A stretch of 64,000 nt of DNA, from contig JAYWIR010000058.1 of the NCBI GenBank assembly GCA_036172245.1, positions 682,001 through 746,000 of the forward strand, in the 5' to 3' direction. The DNA comes from Raillietiella orientalis. Its lineage: Eukaryota. Both the position numbers and the translations under genes were made by a program. The notes under the pieces are model-generated. The model worked only from the letters and a program-made list of their open reading frames with translations. It made no database searches and had not been told where the DNA came from. Shown here one piece after another: positions 45,701 to 60,700 of this stretch; position 1 is the first letter of the stretch; each line of letters opens with the position of its first letter.

Positions 45701-48700
45701 ACATTTCAACCTCTCCACACATATCACAACCGCGTTATACGAAGTTTGCCAAGTTCAGCAGTGCTTATGGAAGGATAAAACACCAGGTTTTGAAATGCAT
45801 AGATGAGGCTAATCCTAAGTGGGCGTTTAGTGGTGTGCGAACAAAAGCAATTTCTGTTATGGATGAAAGGCATGAAGCAGACCATTACAAAAGAAATCAC
45901 GACATCATTAATGAAAAGCATTATAGATACGACGAAAATTGGCGAAGCATTGGTTGCCGAATGGTCGTGGATACGAAATATGCAACTGGTACATTGATCT
46001 GAAAGAGACGCTTCTTACAGTTTCATACTTTTGAAATCACGTAACTGAATTCTCGAAGCAAGAACGGAATTCTGAGAGCGGAACTCTTATGTCTAATCAT
46101 GTTGGCATCTAAGGTGCACACAATGGATTCAGTTGAAGATGATCAAAGAAGAGAGCAATGCTGCAATTTGTGGCAAACCTTTACTCTTTCTTCATATTGT
46201 TAGTGACTTCTGCACGGAATTTGATCTGCCGTGAAAATTGATATCTTTAGATGGCCTGGTTTGTTGTTGTAGGGTCAGCAAAATACGCGTTGCACAAAAG
46301 AGTATCCATCTGCATACTGCATACATTTTCTCCGTTAATATGTGAATTGGAAAAAATAGTGTTGGAACATGTGGTCTCATCATAGCTTGCGAAAAAGTCA
46401 ATAGTTTGAAATTTGATTCATTGTAAAGGAAACCAATGTTGCAATCCAAAGACCCATCATTGAGGTTAACCGTATTTCAGAAACGAAGATGTTGCCGCAT
46501 GTGTTCCAAATTATGTTTACCACTGCAAAAAACCTTGTGTGTCTTACTTACATACAAGAAAATTGACGTTACCGACAATGGAAAAGAGACGAAAAAGTGG
46601 AAATCAGAGTTTTCGAAACACATTGGAATATGGTGTGAAAAGTTAAAGACGGAGCGTCTGAAGATGCCAGAAGAGGATATAGAAGCTTCGTCTCGTTTGG
46701 TGTTCTTATGAAAAGCAGCTGCACTCACAACAGATTGAATTATAAATTCAATCGGCATTAACAAACGAAGAATACGTTGAGTTGTTTAGCAAACACTTGC
46801 AAGCAAATTACCATTTCAACCTCTCCACACATATCACAACCGCGTTATACGAAGTTTGCCAAGTTCAGCAGTGCTTATGGAAGGATAAAACAACAGGTTT
46901 GGAAATGCATAGATGAGGCTAATCCTAAGTGGGCGTTTAGTGGTGTGCGAACAAAAGCAATTTCTGTTATGGATGAAAGGCATGAATCAGACCATTACAA
47001 AAGAAATCACGACATCATTAATGAAAAGCATTATAGATACGACGAAAATTGGCGAAGCATTGGTTGCCGAATGGTCGTGGATACGAAATATGCAACTGGC
47101 ACATCCATCCCAAAGAGACGCTTCTTACAGTTTCATACTTTCGAAATCTCGTAACTGAATTCTGCTAGCAAGAATGGAATTCTGAGAACGGATCTCTTAT
47201 GTCTAATCACGTTGCAATCTAAGGTGTACACAATGGATTCAGTAGAAGATGATCAAAGAGGAGCGCAATGCTGCAATTTGTGGAAAACCTTTCCTCTTCC
47301 TTCATATTGTTAGTGACTTCTGCGCGGAATTTGATCTGTCGTGAAAATTGATATCTTTAGATGGCTTGGTTTGTTCTTGCCGGGTCAGCAAAATACGCGT
47401 TGCAGAGAAGAGTATCCATCTGCATAGTGCATAGATTTTCTCCGTGAACATGTGAAATGAAAACAATAGTGTTGCAGCATGTGGTCTCATAATAACTTGC
47501 GATAAAGCCAATAGTTTGAAATTTTGTTTATTGTCAAGGAAACCAATGTTGCAATCCAAGGCCATTATTGAGCTTCATTGTATTTCAGAAACGAAAGATA
47601 TTTTCGGATGTCTTTCAAATTAGGTTTACCTCTGTAAAGAGCCTTGTGTGTCTTACTTAAATACAAGAAAATCGACGTTGCCGACAATGGAAAAGACGAA
47701 AAAGTGGAAAGCAGAGGTTTCGAAACACACTGGAATATGGTGTGGAAAGTTAAAGACGGAGCGTCTGAAGATGCCAGTAGAGGATATAGAAACTTCGTTT
47801 CGTTTGCTGTTCTCATGCGAAGCAGCTGTACATACAACAGATTATACTATAAATTCAATCGGAATTAACAAACCCAGAATATGTTCCGTTATGTAGAAAG
47901 CACTTGCAAGCAAATCAACATTTCAACCTCTGCACACGCATGAAAACCGCGTTATACGAAGTTTGCCAAGTTAAGCAGTCCTTATGGAAGGATAAAACAA
48001 CAGGTTTGAAAATGCATAGATGATCCTAATCCTAGGTGTGCGTATAGTGGTGTGGAAACAAAAGCAATTTCTGTTATGGATGAAAGGCATCAAGCAGACC
48101 ATTACAAAAGAAAAAAGGACATCATTTATGAAAACCATTATAGATAGCACCAAAATTGGCGGAGCATTGGCTCCAGAATGGTCGTCAATACGGAATATGC
48201 AACTGGTACACTCATCTCAAACAGACGCTTCTTACAGTTTCATACTTTTGAAATCACGTAACTGAATTCTAGAAGCAAGAACGGAATTCTGAGAGCGGAA
48301 CTCTTATGTCTAATCATGTTGGCATCTAAGGTGCACACAATGGATTCAGTTGAAGATGATCAAAGAAGAGATCAATGCTGCAATTTGTGGCAAACCTTTA
48401 CTCTTTCTTCATATTGTTAGTGACTTCTAAACTTGAATTTGATCTGCCGTGAAAATTGATATCTTTAGATGGCCTGGTTTGTTGTTGTAGGGTCAGCAAA
48501 CCCGTGCACAAAGAGTATCCCATCTGCATACTGCATACATTTTCTCCGTTAACATGTGAATTGGAAAAACTAGTGTTGTAACATGTGGTCTCATGATAGC
48601 TTGCGAAAAAGTCAATAGTTTGAAATTTGATTCATTGTCAAGGAAACCAATGTTGCAATCCAAAGACCCATCAGTGAGGTTAACCGTATTTCAGAAACGA

Positions 48701-51700
48701 AAGATATTTTCGCATGTGTTCCAAATTATGTTTACCACTGCGAAAAACCTTGTGTGTCTTACTTACATACAAGAAAATCGACGTTGCCGACAATGGAAAA
48801 GACGAAAAAGTGGAAATCAGAGGTTTCGAAACACATTGGAACATGGTGTGAAAAGTTGAAGACGGAGCGTCTGAAGATGCCAGAAGAGGATATAGAAGCT
48901 TCGTCTCGTTTGGTGTTCTTATGAAAAGCAGCTGCACTTTCACACAACAGATTGAATTAGAAATTCAAATCGGCATTAGAAAACAACGAAGAATACGTTG
49001 ATTTGTTTTATACTTACAGCAAAGCTGTTTCCAACTTCTCCACATGCATACCGTATGCATTATACGAAGTTTGCGAAGTTAGGCAGTGCTTATGGAAGGA
49101 TAAAACAACAGGTATGGAAATGCTTAGATGAAACTAATCCTAAGTGGGCGTTTAGTGGTGTGCAAACAAAAGCAATTTCCGTTATGGATAAAAGATATGA
49201 ACAGAGCATTACAAAAACAATCTTGACATCATTTATGAAAATCATTATAGATACGACCAAAATTGGCGAAACATTGGCTGCCGAATGGACGTCGATACCA
49301 AATATGCAACTGGTGCACTGAGCTCAAAGAGACGCTTGTTACAATTTCATACTGTTGAAATTTCGAAACTGAATTGTTGTAGCAAGGATGGAATTCTAAG
49401 AAAAGACCTCTTACGTCTAATCACGTAGGCACCTAAGCACTTCAAAACGGATTCAGTTCAAGATGATCGAAGCAGGGAGCAATGCTGCAAACCGTATAAA
49501 ACCATTCCTCTTCCTACATATTGTTAGAGACCTCTGCGCGTAATTTGTTCTGTCGAAGAAATTGACATCTTTAGTTGGCTTGGCTTCTTGTTGCAGGCTC
49601 ATCAAAATGCGCGTTGCTCGAAAGAATATCCATTTGCATACTGCATACATTTTCTCCGTAAGAATGTGAACTAAAAACAGCAGCGTTTAAAAAGTTGGTC
49701 TTCAGATTATTTGCGAAGAAATGAATAGTTTGAAATTTTATTCATTGTCAAGGAAACGAATGTTGCAGACGGAAGACCAATCATTGAGATTCATCGTATT
49801 TCAGAAACAAAAGATACTTTTGCACGTGTTTCAAAATATGTTTGACACGGCAAAATATTTGAAATATTGTTCCCGTAGAAGAAAATCGCCGATGCCGACA
49901 ATGGAAGAAACAGGAATGCGGAAACCTAAGATATTGAGAAACACTGGAAAATCGTTTGAAAAGTTGGAGCTGAATCGTCAGAAGAGGCCAGAGGAGGATA
50001 CAAACGGTTCGTTACTTTTGCTGTTCTCATGCGAAGCAGATGTACATACAACAGATTATACTATAAATTCAATCGGCATAAACAAACCGAGAATACGTTC
50101 TGTTCTGTTCTGTTTGGTGTTCTTATGAAAAGCAGCTGCACTCCCAACAGATTGAATTATAAATTCAATCGGAATTAACAAACCTAGAATATGTTCCGTT
50201 GTGTAGAAAGCACTTGCGAGCAAATCAACATTTCAACCTCTCCACACATATCACAACCGCGTTATACGAAGTTTGCCAAGTTCAGCAGTGCTTATGGAAG
50301 GATAAAACAACATGTTTTGAAATGCATAGATGAGGCTAATCCTAAGTGGGCGTTTAGTGGTGTGCGAACAAAAGCAATTTCTGTTATGGATGAAAAGCAT
50401 GAAGCAGACCATTACAAAAGAAATCACGACATCATTAATAAAAAGCATTATAGATACGACGAAAATTGGCGAAGCATTGGTTGCCGAATGGTCGTGGATA
50501 CGAAATATGCAACTGGTACATTCATCTCAAAGAGACGCTTCTTACAGTTTCATACTTTTGAAATCACGTAACTGAATTCTGGAAGCAAGAACGGGATTCT
50601 GAGAGCGGAACTCTTATGTCTAATCATGTTGGCATCTAAGGTGCACACAATGGATTCAGATGAAGATGATCAAAGAAGAGAGCAATGCTGCAATTTGTGG
50701 CAAACCTTTACTCTTTCTTCATATTGTTAGTGACTTCTGCACGAAATTTGATCTGTCGTGAAAATTGATATCTTTAGATGGCCTGGTTTGTTGTTGTAGG
50801 GTCAGCAAAATACGCGTTGCACAAAAGAGTATCCATCTGCATACTGCATACATTTTCTCCGTTAACATGTGAATTGGAAAAAATAGTGTTGGAACATGTG
50901 GTCTCATGAAAGCTTGCGAAAAAGTCAATAGTTTGAAATTTGATTCATTGTCAAGGAAACCAATGTTGCAATCCAAAGACCCATCATTGAGGTTAACCGT
51001 ATTTCAGAAACGAAAGATATTTTCGCATGTGTTCCAAATGTTTTACTGCAAAAAACCTTCATTAGTAATATGCCCATACAAGAAAATCGACGTTGCCGAC
51101 AATGAAAAAGACAAAAAAGTGGAAATCAGAGGTTTCGAAACACATTGGAATATGGTGTGAAAAGTTAAAGACGGAGCATCTGAAGATGCCAGAAGAGGAT
51201 ATAGAAGCTTCGTCTCGTTTGGTGTTCTTATGAAAAGCAGCTGCACTCACAACAGATTGAATTATAAATTCAATCGGCATTAAACAACGAAGAATACGTT
51301 GAGTTGTTTAGCAAACACTTGCAAGCAAATTACCATTTCAACCTCTCCACACATATCACAACCGCGTTATTCGAGGTTTGCAAAGTTCAGCAGTGCTTAT
51401 TAAAGGATGAAACAACAGGTATGGAAATGCATAGATGAGGCTAATCCTAAGTGGGCGTTTAGTGGTGTGCGAACAAAAGCAATTTCCGTTATGGATAAAA
51501 GACATGAAGCAGAGCATTACAAAAAAAATCTTGACATCATTTATGAAAAGCATTATAGATACGACCAAAATTGGCGAAGCATTGGTTGCCGAATGGACGT
51601 CGATACCAAATATGCAACTGGTGCACTCAGCTCAAAGAGACGCTTGTTACAATTTCATACTGTTGAAATTTCGAAACTGAATTGTCGTAGCAAGGATGGA

Positions 51701-54700
51701 ATTCTAAGAAGAGACCTCTTATGTCTAATCACGTAGGCAGCTAAGCACTTCAAAACGGGTTCAGTTCAAGATAATCAAAGCAGGGAGCAATGCTGCAAAC
51801 CGTATAAAACCATTCCTCTTCATTCATATTTTTAGTGACTTCTGCAGGGAATTTGATCTGCCGTGAAAATTGATATCTTTAGTTGGCTTGGTTTCTTGTT
51901 GCGGGCTCATCAAAATGCGCGTTGCTTGAAAGAATATCCATTTGCATACTGCATACAGTTTCTGCGTAAGAATGTGAACTAAAAACAACATCGTTTGAAA
52001 AGTTGGTCTTCACATTGCTTGCGAAGAAATGAATAGTTTGAAATTTTATTTATTGTCAAGGAAACCAATGTTGTAGACGGAAGACCAATCATTGAGATTC
52101 ATCGGATTTTAGAAACAAAAGATACTTTTGCACGTGTTTCAAAATATGTTTGACACGGCAAAATAACTTTCAAATATTGTTCCCGTAGAAGAAAATCGCC
52201 GATGCCGACAATGGAAGAGACAGGAAAACGGAAACCTAAGATATTGAAAAATACTGGGAAATCGTTTGAAAAGTTGGAGCTGAATCGTCAGAAGAGGCCA
52301 GAAGAGGATACAAACGGTTCGTTACTTTTGCTGTTCTCATGCGAAGCAGCTGTACATACAACAGATTATACTATAAATTCAATCGGCATTAACAAACCGA
52401 GAATACGTTCTGTTGTGTAGCAAGCACTTGCAAGCAAATCAACATTTCAACCTCTAAACACGCTTGACAACCGCGTTATACGAAGTTCGTTAAGATTAGC
52501 AGTGCTTTTGGAAGGATAAAAAAACAGCTTTGAAAATGCATAGATGATCCTAATCCTAGGTGTGCGTATAGTGGTGTGCAAACAGAAGCACTTTCTGTTA
52601 TGGATGAAAGGCATGAAGCAGAACATTACAAAAGAATTCACGACATTATTTTTAAAAGGCATTGTAGATAGCACCAAAATTGGCGAAGCAGTGGTTTTCG
52701 AATGGTCGTGGATACGAAATATGCAACTGGTACACTCATGTCAAAGTGTCGGTTCTTACAGTTTCATATTTTGAAATCTCGTAACTGAAATCTGGTAGCA
52801 AGAATGGAATTCTGAGATCGGATTTCTTATGTCTAATCACGTTGGCATCAAAACTGTACACACTGGATTCAGTTCAAGATGATCAAAGAAGAGAGCTATG
52901 CTGCAATTTGTCGGAAACCTTTCCTCTTCCTTCATATTGTTAGTGACTCCTGCAGGGAATTTGATCTGCCGTGAATATTGATATCTTTAGATGGCTTGGT
53001 TTGTTGTTGCAGGGTCAGCAAAATACGCGTTCCACAATAGAGTATCCATCTTTATACTGCATACATTTTCTCCGTTAACATGTGAATTGGAAAAAATATT
53101 GTTGCAACATGTGGTCTCATGATAGCTTGCGAAAAAGTCAATAGTTTGAAATTTTATTCATTGTCAAGGAAACCAATGTTGCAATCCAAAGAGCCATGAT
53201 TGAGATTAATTGTATTTCAGAAAATAACATATTTTCGCATATGTTCAAAATTATGTTTACCATTGCAAAAAGCCTTGGTGTCTTACTTACATACAAAAAA
53301 ATTGACGTTGGCGACAATGGAAAAGAGAAAAAAGTGGTAATCAGAGGTTTCAAAACACATTTGAATATGGTGAGAAAAGTTAGAGACGGAGCGTCTGAAG
53401 ATGCCAGAAGAGGATATAGAAGCTTCGTTTGGTTTGCTGTTCTCATGCGAAGCAGCTGTACGTACAACAGATTATACTATAAATTCAATCGGCATTTACA
53501 AACCGAGAATACGTTCTGTTGTGTAGCGAGCACTTGCAAGCAAATCAACATTTCAACCTCTGCACACGCATGACAACCGCGTTATACGAAGTTCGTTAAG
53601 ATTAGCAGTGCTTATGGAAGGATAAAAAAACGGCTTTGAAAATGCATAGATGATCCTAATCCTAGGTGTGCGTATAGTGGTGCGCAAACAGAAGCACTTT
53701 CTGTTATGGATGAAAGGCATGAACCAGACCATTAGAAAAGAATTCACCTTATTGTTTTTAAAAGACATTGTAGATAGCACCAAAATTGGCGAAGCAGTGG
53801 TTGCCGAATGGTCGTCGATACGAAATATGCAACTGTTACACTCATGTCAAAGAGTCGGTTTTTACAGTTTCATATTTTGAAATCTCGTAACTCAATTCTG
53901 GTAGCAAGAATGGAATTCTGAGATCGGATCTCTTATGTCTAATCATGTTGGCATCTAAGGTGCACACAATGGATTCGGTTGAAGATGATCAAAGAAGAGA
54001 GCAATGCTGCAATTTGTGGCAAACCTTTACTCTTTCTTCATATTGTTAGTGACTCCTGCACGAAATTTGATCTGTCGTGAAAATTGATATCTTTAGATGG
54101 CCTGGTTTGTTGTTGCAGGGTCAGCAAAATACGCGTTCCACAATAGAGTATCCATCTTCATACTGCATACATTTTCTCCGTTAACATGTGAATTGGAAAA
54201 AATAGTGTTGCAACATGTGGTCTCATGATGGCTTGCGAAACCAATGTTGCAATCCAAAGAGCCATGATTGAGATTAATTGTATTTCAGAAAATAACATAT
54301 TTTCGCATATGTTCGAAATTATGTTTACTATTGCAAAAAGCCTTGGTGTCTTACTTACATTAAAGAAAATTGACGTTGCCGACAATGGAAAAGACAAAAA
54401 AGTGGTAATCAGAGGTTTCAAAACACATTTGAATATGGTGAGAAAAGTTCAAGACGGAGCGTCTGAAGATGCCAGAAGAGGATATGGAAGCTTCGTTTGG
54501 TTTGCTGTTCTCATGCGAAGCAGCTGTACGTACAACAGATTATACTATAAATTCAATCGGCATTTACAAACCGAGAATACGTTCTGTTGTGTAGCGAGCA
54601 CTTGCAAGCAAATTACCATTTCAACCTCTCCACACATATCACAACCGCGTTATACGAAGTTTGCCAAGTTCAGCAGTGCTTATGGAAGGATAAAACAACA

Positions 54701-57700
54701 GGTTTGGAAATGCATAGATGAGGCTAATCCTAAGTGGGCGTTTAGTGGTGTGCGAACAAAAGCAATTTCTGTTATGGATGAAAGGCATGAAGCAGACCAT
54801 TACAAAAGAAATCACGACATCATTAATGAAAAGCATTATAGATACGACGAAAATTGGCGAAGCATTGGTTGCCGAATGGTCGTGGATACGAAATATGCAA
54901 CTGGTAGATACATCTCAAAGAGACGCTTCTTACAGCTTCATACTTTCGAAATCTCGTAACTGAATTCTGGTAGCAAGAATGGAATTCTGAGAACGGATCT
55001 CTTATGTCTAATCACGTTGCAATCTAAGGTGCACACAATAGATTCAGTTGAAGATGATCAAAGAAGAGAGCAATGCTGCAATTTGTCGGAAACCTTTCCT
55101 CTTTCTTCATATTGTTAGTGACTTCTGCAGGGAATTTGATCTGCCGTGAATATTGATATCTTTAGATGGCTTGGTTTGTTGTTGCAGGGTCAGCAAAATA
55201 CGCGTTCCACAATAGAGTATCCATCTTCATACTGCAGACATTTTCTCCGTTAACATGTGAATTGGAAAAAATAGTGTTGCAACATGTGGTCTCATGATAG
55301 CTTGCGAAAAAGTCAATAGTTGGAAATTTTATTCATTGTCAAGGAAACCAATGTTGCAATCCAAACAGTCATGATTGAGATTAGTTGTATTTCAGAAGAT
55401 AACATATTTTCGCATATGTTCAAAATTATGTTTATTATTGCAAAAAGCCTTGGGGTCTTACTTACATACAAGAAAATTGACGTTGCCGACAATGGAAAAG
55501 ACAAAAAATTTGTAATCAGAGGTTTCAAAACACATTTGAATATGGTGTGAAAAGTTAAAGACGGAGCGTCTGAAGATGCCAGAACAGGATATAGAAGCTT
55601 CGTTTGGTTTGCTGTTCTCATGCGAAGCAGCTGTACGTACAACAGATTATACTATAAATTCAATCGGCATTTACAAACCGAGAATACGTTCTGTTGTGTA
55701 GCGAGCACTTGCAAGCAAATCAACATTTCAACCTCTGCACACGCATGACAACCGCGTTATACGAAGTTCGTTAAGATTAACAGTGCTTATGGAAGGATAA
55801 AAAAGCGGCTTTGAAAATGCATAGATGATCCTAATCCTAGGTGTGCGTATAGTGGTGTGCAAACAGAAGCACTTTCTGTTATGGATGAAAGGCATGAAGC
55901 AGACCATTAGAAAAGAATTCACGACATTATTTTTAAAAGGCATTCTAGATAGAACCAAAATTGAAGAAGCAGTGGTTGCCGAATGGTCGTCGATACGAAA
56001 TATGCAACTGTTACACTCATGTCAAAGAGTCGGTTTTTACAGTTTCATATTTTGAAATCTCGTAACTCAATTCTGGTAGCAAGAATGGAATTCTGAGATC
56101 GGATCTCTTATGTCTAATCATGTTGGCATCTAAGGTGTACAGAATGGATCCAGTTGAAGACGATCAAAGAAGAGAGCAATGCTGCAATTTGTCGGAAAAC
56201 TTTCCTCTTTCTTCATATTGTTAGTGACTCCTGCAGGGAATTTGATCTGCCGTGAATATTGATATCTTTAGATGGCTTGGTTTGTTGTTGTAGGGTCAGC
56301 AAAATACGCGTTCCACAATAGAGTATCCATCTTCATACTGCATACATTTTCTCCGTTAACATGTGAATTGGAAAAAATAGTGTTGCAACATGTGGTCTCA
56401 TGATAGCTTGCGAAAAAGTCAATAGTTTGAAATTTTATTCATTGTCAAGGAAACCAATGTTGCATTCCAAAGACCCATCATTGAGGTTGACCGTATTTCA
56501 GAAACGAAAGATATTTTCGCATGTGTTCAAAATAATGTTTACCATTGCAAAAAGCCTTGGTGTCTTACTTACATTCAAGAAAATTGACGTTGCCGACAAT
56601 GGAAAAGACAAAAAAGTGGTAACCAAAGGTTTCAAAACACATTTGAATATGGTGTGAAAAGTTAAAGACGCAGCGTCTGAAGATGCCAGAAGAGGATATA
56701 GAAGCTTCGTTTGGTTTGCTGTTCTCATGCGAAGCAGCTGTACGTACAACAGATTATACTATAAATTCAATCGGCATTTACAAACCGAGAATACGTTCTG
56801 TTGTGTAGCGAGCTCTTCCAAGGAAATCAACATTTCAACCTCTGCACACGCATGACAACCGCGTTATACGAAGTTCGTTAAGATTAGCAGTGCTTATGGA
56901 AGGATAAAAAAGCAGCTTTGAAAATGCATAGATGATCCTAATCCTAGGTGTGCGTATAGTGGTGCGCAAACAGAAGCACTTTCTGTTATGGATGAAAGGC
57001 ATGAAGCAGACCATTAGAAAAGAACTCACCTTATTATTTTTAAAAGGCATTGTAGATAGCACCAAAATTGGCGAAGCAGTGGTTGCCGAATGGTCGTCGA
57101 TACGAAATATGCAACTGGTACACTCATGTCAAAGAGTCGGTTTTTACAGTTTCATATTTTGAAATCTCGTAACTCAATTCTGGTAGCAAGAATGGAATTC
57201 TGAGATCGGATCTCTTATGTCTAATCATGTTGGCATCTAAGGTGTACACAATGGATCCAGTTGAAGACGATCAAAGAAGAGAGCAATGCTGCAATTTGTC
57301 GGAAACCTTTCCTCTTTCTTCATATTGTTAGTGACTTCTGCAGGGAATTTGATCTGCCGTGAATATTGATATCTTTAGATGGCTTGGTTTGTTGTTGCAG
57401 GGTCAGCAAAATACGCGTTCCACAATAGAGTATCCATCTTTATACTGCATACATTTTCTCCGTTAACATGTGAATTGGAAAAAATAGTGTTGCAACAAGT
57501 GGTCTCATGATAGCTTGCGAAAAAGTCAATAGTTTCAAATTTTATTCATTGTTAAGGAAACCAATGTTGCAATCCAAAGAGCCATCATTGACATTAATTG
57601 TATATCAGAAAATAAGGTATTCTCGCATGTGTTCAAAATTATGTTTACCATTGCTAAAAGCCTTGATGTCTTACTTACATACAAGAAAATTGACGTTGCC

Positions 57701-60700
57701 AACAATGGAAAAGACGAAAATGTGGTAACAAGAGGTTTCAAAACACATTAAAGTATGGTGTGAAAAGTTAAAGACGGAGCGTCTGAAGATGCCAGAAGAG
57801 GATATAGAAGCTTCGTTTGGTTTGCTGTTCTCAGGCGAAGCAGCTGTACATACAACAGATTATACTATAAATTCATTCGGCATTAACAAACCGAGAATAC
57901 GTTCTGTTATGTAGCAAGCACTTGCAAGCAAATCAACATTTCAACCTCTCCACACATATCACAACCGCGTTATACGAAGTTTGCCAAGTTCAGCAGTGCT
58001 TATGGAAGGATAAAACAACAGGTTTGGAAATGCATAGATGAAGCTAATCCTAAAAGGGCGTTTATTGGTGTGCGAACAAAAGCAATTTCTGTTATGGATG
58101 AAAGCCATGAAGCAGACCATTACAAAAGAAATCACGACATCATTATTGAAAAGCATTATAGATACGACGAAAATTGGCGAAGCATTGGTTGCCGAATGGT
58201 CGTCGATACCAAATATGCAACTGGTGCACTCAGCTCAAAAAGACGCTTGTTACAATTTCATACTGTTGAAATTTCGAAACAGAATTGTCGTAGCAAGGAT
58301 ATAATTCTAAGAAGAGACCTCTTATGTCTAATCACGTAGGCACCTATGCACTTCAAAACGGATTCAGTTCAAGATGATCGAAGCAGGGAGCAATGCTGCA
58401 AACCGTATAAAACCATTCCTCTTCCTACATATTGTTAGAGACCTCTGCGCGTAATTTGTTCTGTCGAAGAAATTGACATCTTTAGTTGGCTTGGCTTCTT
58501 GTTGCAGGCTCATCAAAATGCGCGTTGCTCGAGAGAATATCCATTTGCATACTGCAAACATTTTCTCCGTAAAAATGTGAACTAAAAACAACAGCGTGTG
58601 AAAAGTTGGTCTTTAGATTATTAGCGAAGAAATGAATAGTTTGAAATTTTATTCATTGTCAAGGAAACCAATGTTGCAGACGGAAGACCAATCATTAAGA
58701 TTCATCGTATTTCAGAAACAAAAGATACTTTTGCACGTGTTTCAAAATAAGTTTCACACGGCGAAATGGCTTTGAAATATTGTTCCCGTGAAAGAAAATC
58801 GCCGATGCCGACAATGGAGGAGACAGGAATGCCGAAACCTAAGATATTGAAAAACACTGGAAAATCGTTTGAAAAGTTGGAGCTGAATCGTCAGAAGAGG
58901 CCAGAAGAGGATTCAAACAGTTCGTCACTTTTGCTGTTCTCATGCGAAGCGGCTGTACATACAACAGATTATACTATAAATTCAATCGGCATTAACAAAC
59001 CGAGAATACGTTCTGTTATGTAGCAAGCACTTGCAAGCAAATCAACATTTCAACCTCTCCACACATATCACAACCGCGGTATACGAAGTTTGCCAAGTTC
59101 AGCAGTGCTTATGGAAGGATATAACAACAGGTTTTAAAATGCATAGATGAGGCTAATCCTAAGTGGGCGTTTAGTGGTGTGCGAACAAAAGCAATTTCTG
59201 TTATGGATGAAAGGCATGATGCAGACCATTAGAAAAGAATTCACGACATTATTTTTAAAAGGCATTGTAGATAGCACCAAAATTGGCGAAGCAGTGATTG
59301 CCGAATGGTCGTCCATACGAAATATGCAACTGGTACACTCATGTCAAAGAGTCGGTTTTTACAGTTTCATATTTTGAAATCTCGTAACTCAATTCTGGTA
59401 GCAAGAATGGAATTCTGAGATCGGATCTCTTATGTCTAATCATGTTGGCATCTAAGGTGTACACAATGGATCCAGTTGAAGAAGATCAAAGAAGAGAGCA
59501 ATGCTGCAATTTGTCGGAAACCTTTCCTCTTTCTTCATATTGTTAGTGAGTCCTGCAGGGAATTTGATCTGCCGTGAATATTGATATCTTTAGATGGCTT
59601 GGTTTGTTGTTGCAGGGTCAGCAAAATACGCGTTCCACAATAGAGTATCCATCTTTATACTGCATACATTTTCTCCGTTAACATGTGAATTGGAAAAAAT
59701 AGTGTTGCAACATGTGGTCTCATGATAGCTTGCGAAAAAGTCAATAGTTTGAAATTTTATTCATTGTCAAGGAAACCAATGTTGCAATCCAAAGAGCCAT
59801 GATTGAGATTAATTGTATTTCAGAAAATAACATATTTTCGCATATGTTCAAAATTATGTTTACCATTGCAAAAAGCCTTGGTGTCTTACTTACATACAAA
59901 AAAATTGACGTTGGCGACAATGGAAAAGAGAAAAAAGTGGTAATCAGAGGTTTCAAAACACATTTGAATATGGTGAGAAAAGTTAGAGACGGAGCGTCTG
60001 AAGATGCCAGAAGAGGATATAGAAGCTTCGTTTGGTTTGCTGTTCTCATGCGAAGCAGCTGTACGTACAACAGATTATACTATAAATTCAATCGGCATTT
60101 ACAAACCGAGAATACGTTCTGTTGTGTAGCAAGCACTTGCAAGCAAATCAACATTTCAACCTCTGCACACGCATGACAACCGCGTTATACGAAGTTCGTT
60201 AAGATTAGCAGTGCTTATGGAAGGATAAAAAAGCAGCTTTCAAAATGCATAGATGATCCTAATCCTAGGTGTGCGTATAGTGGTGTGCAAACAGGAGCAC
60301 TTTCTGTTATGGATGAAAGGCATGAAGCAGACCATTAGAAAAGAATTCACGACATTATTTTTAAAAGGCATTGTAGATAGCACCAAAATTGGCGAAGAAG
60401 TGGTTGCCGAATGGTCCTCGATACGAAATATGCAACTGGTACACTCATGTGACAGAGTCGGTTTTTACAGTTTCATATTTTGAAATCTCGTAACTCAATT
60501 CTGGTAGCAAGAATGGAATTCTGAGATCGGATCTCTTATGTCTAATCAAGTTGGCATCTACGGTGTACACAATGGATCCAGTTGAAGACGATCAAAGAAG
60601 AGAGCAATGCTGCAATTTGTCGGAAACCTTTCCTCTTTCTTCATATTGTTAGTGACTTCTGCAGGACATTTGATCTGCCGTGAAAATTGATATCTTTAGA

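Noticed and set aside
48935..49065. Locally scrambled monomer segments (also ~45240-45270, ~45630, ~48500, ~51040-51075, ~63100-63300)
   Set aside because: Clusters of small indels in otherwise near-identical copies look like long-read consensus errors; not interpreted biologically without reads.
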